Assembly: GCA_030390025.1 (NCBI GenBank)
Contig: CM059425.1
Location: 167,340,001-167,404,000, forward strand
From: Squalus acanthias
Lineage: Eukaryota
DNA: 64,000 nt
Direction of reading: 5' to 3'
A program made the translations under genes and the position numbers. This document shows, one piece after another, positions 60,336 to 64,000 of the stretch. Numbering within the stretch: position 1 is the stretch's first letter; each line of letters opens with the position of its first letter. The notes under the pieces were generated by a model. The model did not search any database, had not been told where the DNA came from, and saw only the letters and a program-made list of their open reading frames with translations.

Positions 60336-60693
60336 CTGTTTCTCTCTTCACAGATGCTGCCTGACCTGCTGAATATCTCCAGTATTTTCTGTTTTTATTT
60401 CAGATTTCCAGCATCTGCAGTATTTTCTTTTTGTAGATGCTAATATTCCCTTTCACTGACTGCTCCTGCTTATTTTGTCAAAATTCTTAATAATACATTG
60501 CAAAAGAAGTAATCTTTCTAAATCTCTAGTTTCTGTCTTTCTGTCTTTGAGAACTTCCCCAAATGACTACCAACTTCGGAAACTCCCCAGTATCTTTTCA
60601 ATATTCTGTTTCAGCTATGCATATAGACTTGTGATAAATAGGGAATTTTCTGTATTTTATGTTATACAGTTTTGAAATAACTAGTTAAAATGG

Positions 60694-60934
60694 AATAAAA
60701 ACAGAAAATGCTGGAAATACTCAGCAGATCAAGCAGCATCTGTGGAGAGAGAAACAGAGTTAACGTTTCAGGTCGATGACCTTTCATCAGAACCTTCATT
60801 CTGACGAAGGGTCATCGACCTGAAACGTTAACTCTGTTTCTCTCTCCACAGATGCTGCCTGACCTGCTGAGTATTTCCAGCATTTTCTGTTTTTATTTCA
60901 GATTTCCAGCATCCGCAGTATTTTGCTTTTGTAT
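60694..60934 (+). mobile_element. Hairpin-shaped Penelope terminal-repeat insertion with hammerhead motifs on both strands
   Basis: About 100-bp inverted arms; minus-strand motif 60759-60793 and plus-strand motif 60799-60832; TSD tagttaaaatgg(aa) starting at 60682 and 60935. Confidence 0.88.
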
Positions 60935-61079
60935 TAGTTAAAATGGAAGCTGTCTTTCCTTACCCAATTTCAAAATGGAGGCCTGGAAACATAATTGCCT
61001 ATGGCCAGGTTGTTTGATCTAAGTCACTTCCCTGATACATACATGCACTGCCTAGACATAATTTAGCAGCACTCCCAGT

Positions 61080-61233
61080 CAACTTCCTCCAAAGTCGCGT
61101 GGTCGCACACCGATTAGGAGGTTCCACGCAGGCCACTCACCAGCTGTTGATGCCGGTGAAGATACCACGCATGTGCAGCCACACAGCAAATTTAAAGGGA
61201 CCGCGCATGAAAAAGAAATTAGAGGGAACATTG
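61080..61233. mobile_element. hAT-type MITE, 154 bp
   Basis: Perfect 8-bp TSD CTCCCAGT (61072-61079, 61234-61241); imperfect TIR caacttcctccaa / rc caatgttccctctaa. Confidence 0.7.
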
Positions 61234-61368
61234 CTCCCAGTGCACATCTGATAGTGTACATGAGAACCAAGAGGTGGGATATCCAGAACCAGCAGCTCTT
61301 AAAGGGATGCTGATCACCCTTAAAGCTGTCCTGCTACTAGGGTGGAAAACAGAACAAAGGAGAACTCT

Positions 61369-61705
61369 GGTCAGGATTTTACTAACCTCGGCGGGTCCGT
61401 GGCGGGTGATGTCGGTGGCGGGTCCCAACCCCGCTGCTGGCTCCATCCCACTATGTAGAATTACTTTCCATTGATGGGGCTTGTTAAGCCCACCCAGCGC
61501 ATTTCCCAGCCAATTAGAGGAAGCGGATCTGGTGATGTCTTTTCATGACGCGTCATCAGCTGGTTTCCTTAAAGGGACCATGGCCAACTTTAATTTGACA
61601 TTTGTGCTGTCAGTGTTCCACAGCATTGAGGTGTTGCAAACACTGACAATGACTACACAAAGGTACAGGGGTTCACTCAGGCTCTCCCATGACTCCATCC
61701 ATATA
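61369..61705 (+). mobile_element. Left part of a Harbinger derivative (same family as 38539-40286), cut by a CR1 insertion
   Basis: TIR-like ggtcaggatttt; 61475-61705 aligns with 38645-38870. Confidence 0.8.
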
Positions 61706-63825
61706 CGGAGTGCAGCTTGGAACAGAGTGTAAACGTGTGAGTTTGGTGAGTAAGGGAGTGAATCTTAATTGTTAATTTTTTTAATAAAATCTAGTCTTGC
61801 ATGCTTGCAATTGGCATTTAACTTAAAATTACTGTTTTTAAGTTTAGTTTCTTCCAGGCTTGGGCAGGGCAAAGCAAGCTCTGTGCTGGAGAACAGGCGG
61901 GGCTAGTTAATTAATTAACTGGTCTAACTGATCTGGATCTGCAACTGCCAGAGAGGTGACTCATCAATCTCAGCAGTATAAATAAGGGAGGCTAGAGTGC
62001 AGCTTGGAACAGTGTAAACGTGCGAGTTTGGTGAGTAAGGGAGTTCGGTGAGGAGGGGAGGGAGGTGCTCCTTTCTTCTTTTTCTATCTTTTTCAGCTTT
62101 CAGGAGAGCAGGAGTTAAAAATCTGCATGAGAGGGGACAGCGAACCAGCGGGAGTTTGGCTCTGTGAAACCCCCCAACCGCATTTGGAGAAAAATAAAAG
62201 GTGACATCACAGGAAAAAGGCAGAGGCAGCGGACCTGAGCGGGAGCAAGAGCGGAGGCGGAGCAAATAAACAGCACGGCAGAGGAAGGCCCGAGAGCAGA
62301 GGCAGCGGACCTGACAACAAAAACAAGGAGTGACATCACAGGAAAGCAGGGAAGTTGGTTTAAATTAAGAGCCGGGATTAAAAACTAAACATTCAAAACT
62401 TAAACACTTAATTAATTAAATACATTAGAGATGGCAGAGCAGGCGATGTGTTACTGCTACAACATGTGGGAGCTGGTGGACAACATTGAAGTCCACGGCG
62501 ACCACATTTGCAGTAAGTGTTGGTTGCTCAAGGAATTTCGGCTCCGTGTTGATGAGCTGGAGTCCGAGCATCAAACACTGCGACACATCAGGGAGGGAGA
62601 GAGTTACCTGGATGCTGTGTTCTAGGAGGCAGTCACACCCCTTAGATTAATTAATTTAAATTTGGTCCGTGGTCAGGGACAGGTGGGTGTGACTATGAGC
62701 GAGGCAGGTATGGGGAACCAGGGGGTAGTGGTGGAGGAGCCTCAGCCCTTGCTCTTGTCCAACAGTTACAAGGTTCTTACTCCCTGTGTGGACAAGAGCA
62801 GGGACTGCAGGGAGAATGAGTAAACTGACCACAGCACCGTGGTACAGGGAGCCATTCAAGTGGGGGGAGCAGAAAGAAATGTTGTAGTGTTGGGGACGGT
62901 ATAGTTAGGGGGATAGACACTGTTCTCTGCAGCCAAGAGTGTGAGTCCCAAAGGCTGTGTTACCTGCCAGGGTAAAGGACATCTCCTCCAGGCTGGAGAG
63001 GAACTTAGAGTGGGAGGGGAAAGATCCAGTTGTCATGGTCCATGTAGGTACCAATGACATAGGTAGGACAAAGAAAGAGGTTCTACTGAGGGAGTATGAG
63101 CAGCTAGGGGCTAAATTAAAAAGCAGAACCACAAAGGTAATAATACTACCTGAGCCACGAGCAAATTGGCATAGAGTAAATAAGATCAGAGAGATGAACA
63201 AGTGGCTCAGAGATTGATGTGGGAGAGATGGGTTTCGATTCCTGGGGCACTGGCACCAGTACTGGGATAAGAGGGAGCTGTTCCGTCGGGACGGGCTTCA
63301 TTTGAACCAGGCTGGGACCAGTGTCCTGGCGAATTGAATAACTAGGGCTGTAGGTAGGGCTTTAAACTAAATAGTTGGGGGGGGGAAGGATACGCTGAGC
63401 GAAAATGTAAAAAGTCAAAGAAAAATTAGAAGGCAAAAGTGCAGGGTAGCGATAACCAGAGTGGGAAGGGACAGAGCGTATACACATTAGAGTGCATCAG
63501 AAAGAGGGGTCAGAGTAGGGAAAAATGGTAAAAAGACAAAATTAAAAGCTCTATATCTGAACACATGCAGCATTCGTAACAAGATAGATAAGTTGACAGC
63601 ACAAATAGAAATAAATGGGTATGATCTGATAGCCATTACAGAGACATGGTTGCAAGGTGACCAAGGCTGGGAACTGAATATTTGCCATTTTGTAAGGATA
63701 CGCAGAAAGGAAAAGGAGGTGGTGTAGCTCTGTTAATAAGGGATGAGATCAGTGCAGTAATTAGAAATGATATTGGCTTAGAAGATCAAGATGTAGAATC
63801 AGTTTGGGTGGAAATAAGAAATAAT
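61706..63825 (+). mobile_element. CR1 LINE 5' part (5'UTR with duplications, decayed ORF1, start of ORF2)
   Basis: ORF1 MAEQAMCYCYNMW..HICSKC, GTND; EN motif ITETWLQG; a 5'UTR segment repeated at about 61708 and 61996. Confidence 0.88.
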
Positions 63826-64000
63826 GGGGGGAAAATTCAGTTGGTTGCACCTCCCGTTAGCGCCTTAAGAGGGCGCTAATGGGGCACAAAGCAACTCGCG
63901 CCTGGGCGCAGCGATGTTTGCGCCGCTCACGAAATTTACTAGACATTTTGCGGCGGTGCTAAACACTACTGCCACGATCTCCTGCGCCGGCAGATCATGA
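63826..64000 (+). mobile_element. Left end of another Harbinger-1 family copy (runs off the window)
   Basis: GGGGGGAAAATTCAGTTGG...; closest to the reverse complement of 53885-54058; preceded by AAT. Confidence 0.9.

Larger units (their letters stand above)
58068..60433 (+). mobile_element. Penelope-like retroelement, 5'-truncated, interrupted by CR1
   Basis: RT (FFRYIDD, HYKPTDSHSYL), GIY-YIG region, 3' repeat with a hammerhead motif; 8-bp TSD TAGATGCT (58060-58067, 60434-60441). Confidence 0.92.

Overview
Eukaryotic, non-genic, transposon-saturated vertebrate DNA. The repeat content (CR1 LINEs with an esterase ORF1, L2 remnants, V-SINE and tRNA-derived SINEs, Penelope, Harbinger) suggests a cartilaginous fish; this is inference only. 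No host protein-coding exon, tRNA/rRNA gene or CRISPR array could be supported. Main content: (1) several near-full-length and 5'-truncated CR1 LINEs, many nested; (2) a 4.4-kb two-gene PIF/Harbinger DNA transposon (19993-24411) with an intact DDE transposase ORF and a convergent three-exon Myb/SANT gene that has a 1-nt frameshift and an intronic 7x54-bp array; (3) a second, decayed Harbinger and several Harbinger-type non-autonomous elements, whose readable 3-bp TSDs are never TAA/TTA; (4) a 5'-truncated Penelope element (RT + GIY-YIG) with a minimal hammerhead ribozyme motif, plus three short hairpin-shaped Penelope-end insertions with 11-14 bp TSDs starting at TAG; (5) a 1.9-kb internally deleted Gypsy LTR element that keeps an open RNase H frame; (6) hAT and Tc1/mariner-type MITEs. 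All assignments come from reading the sequence and ORF track by eye; no database search was run.
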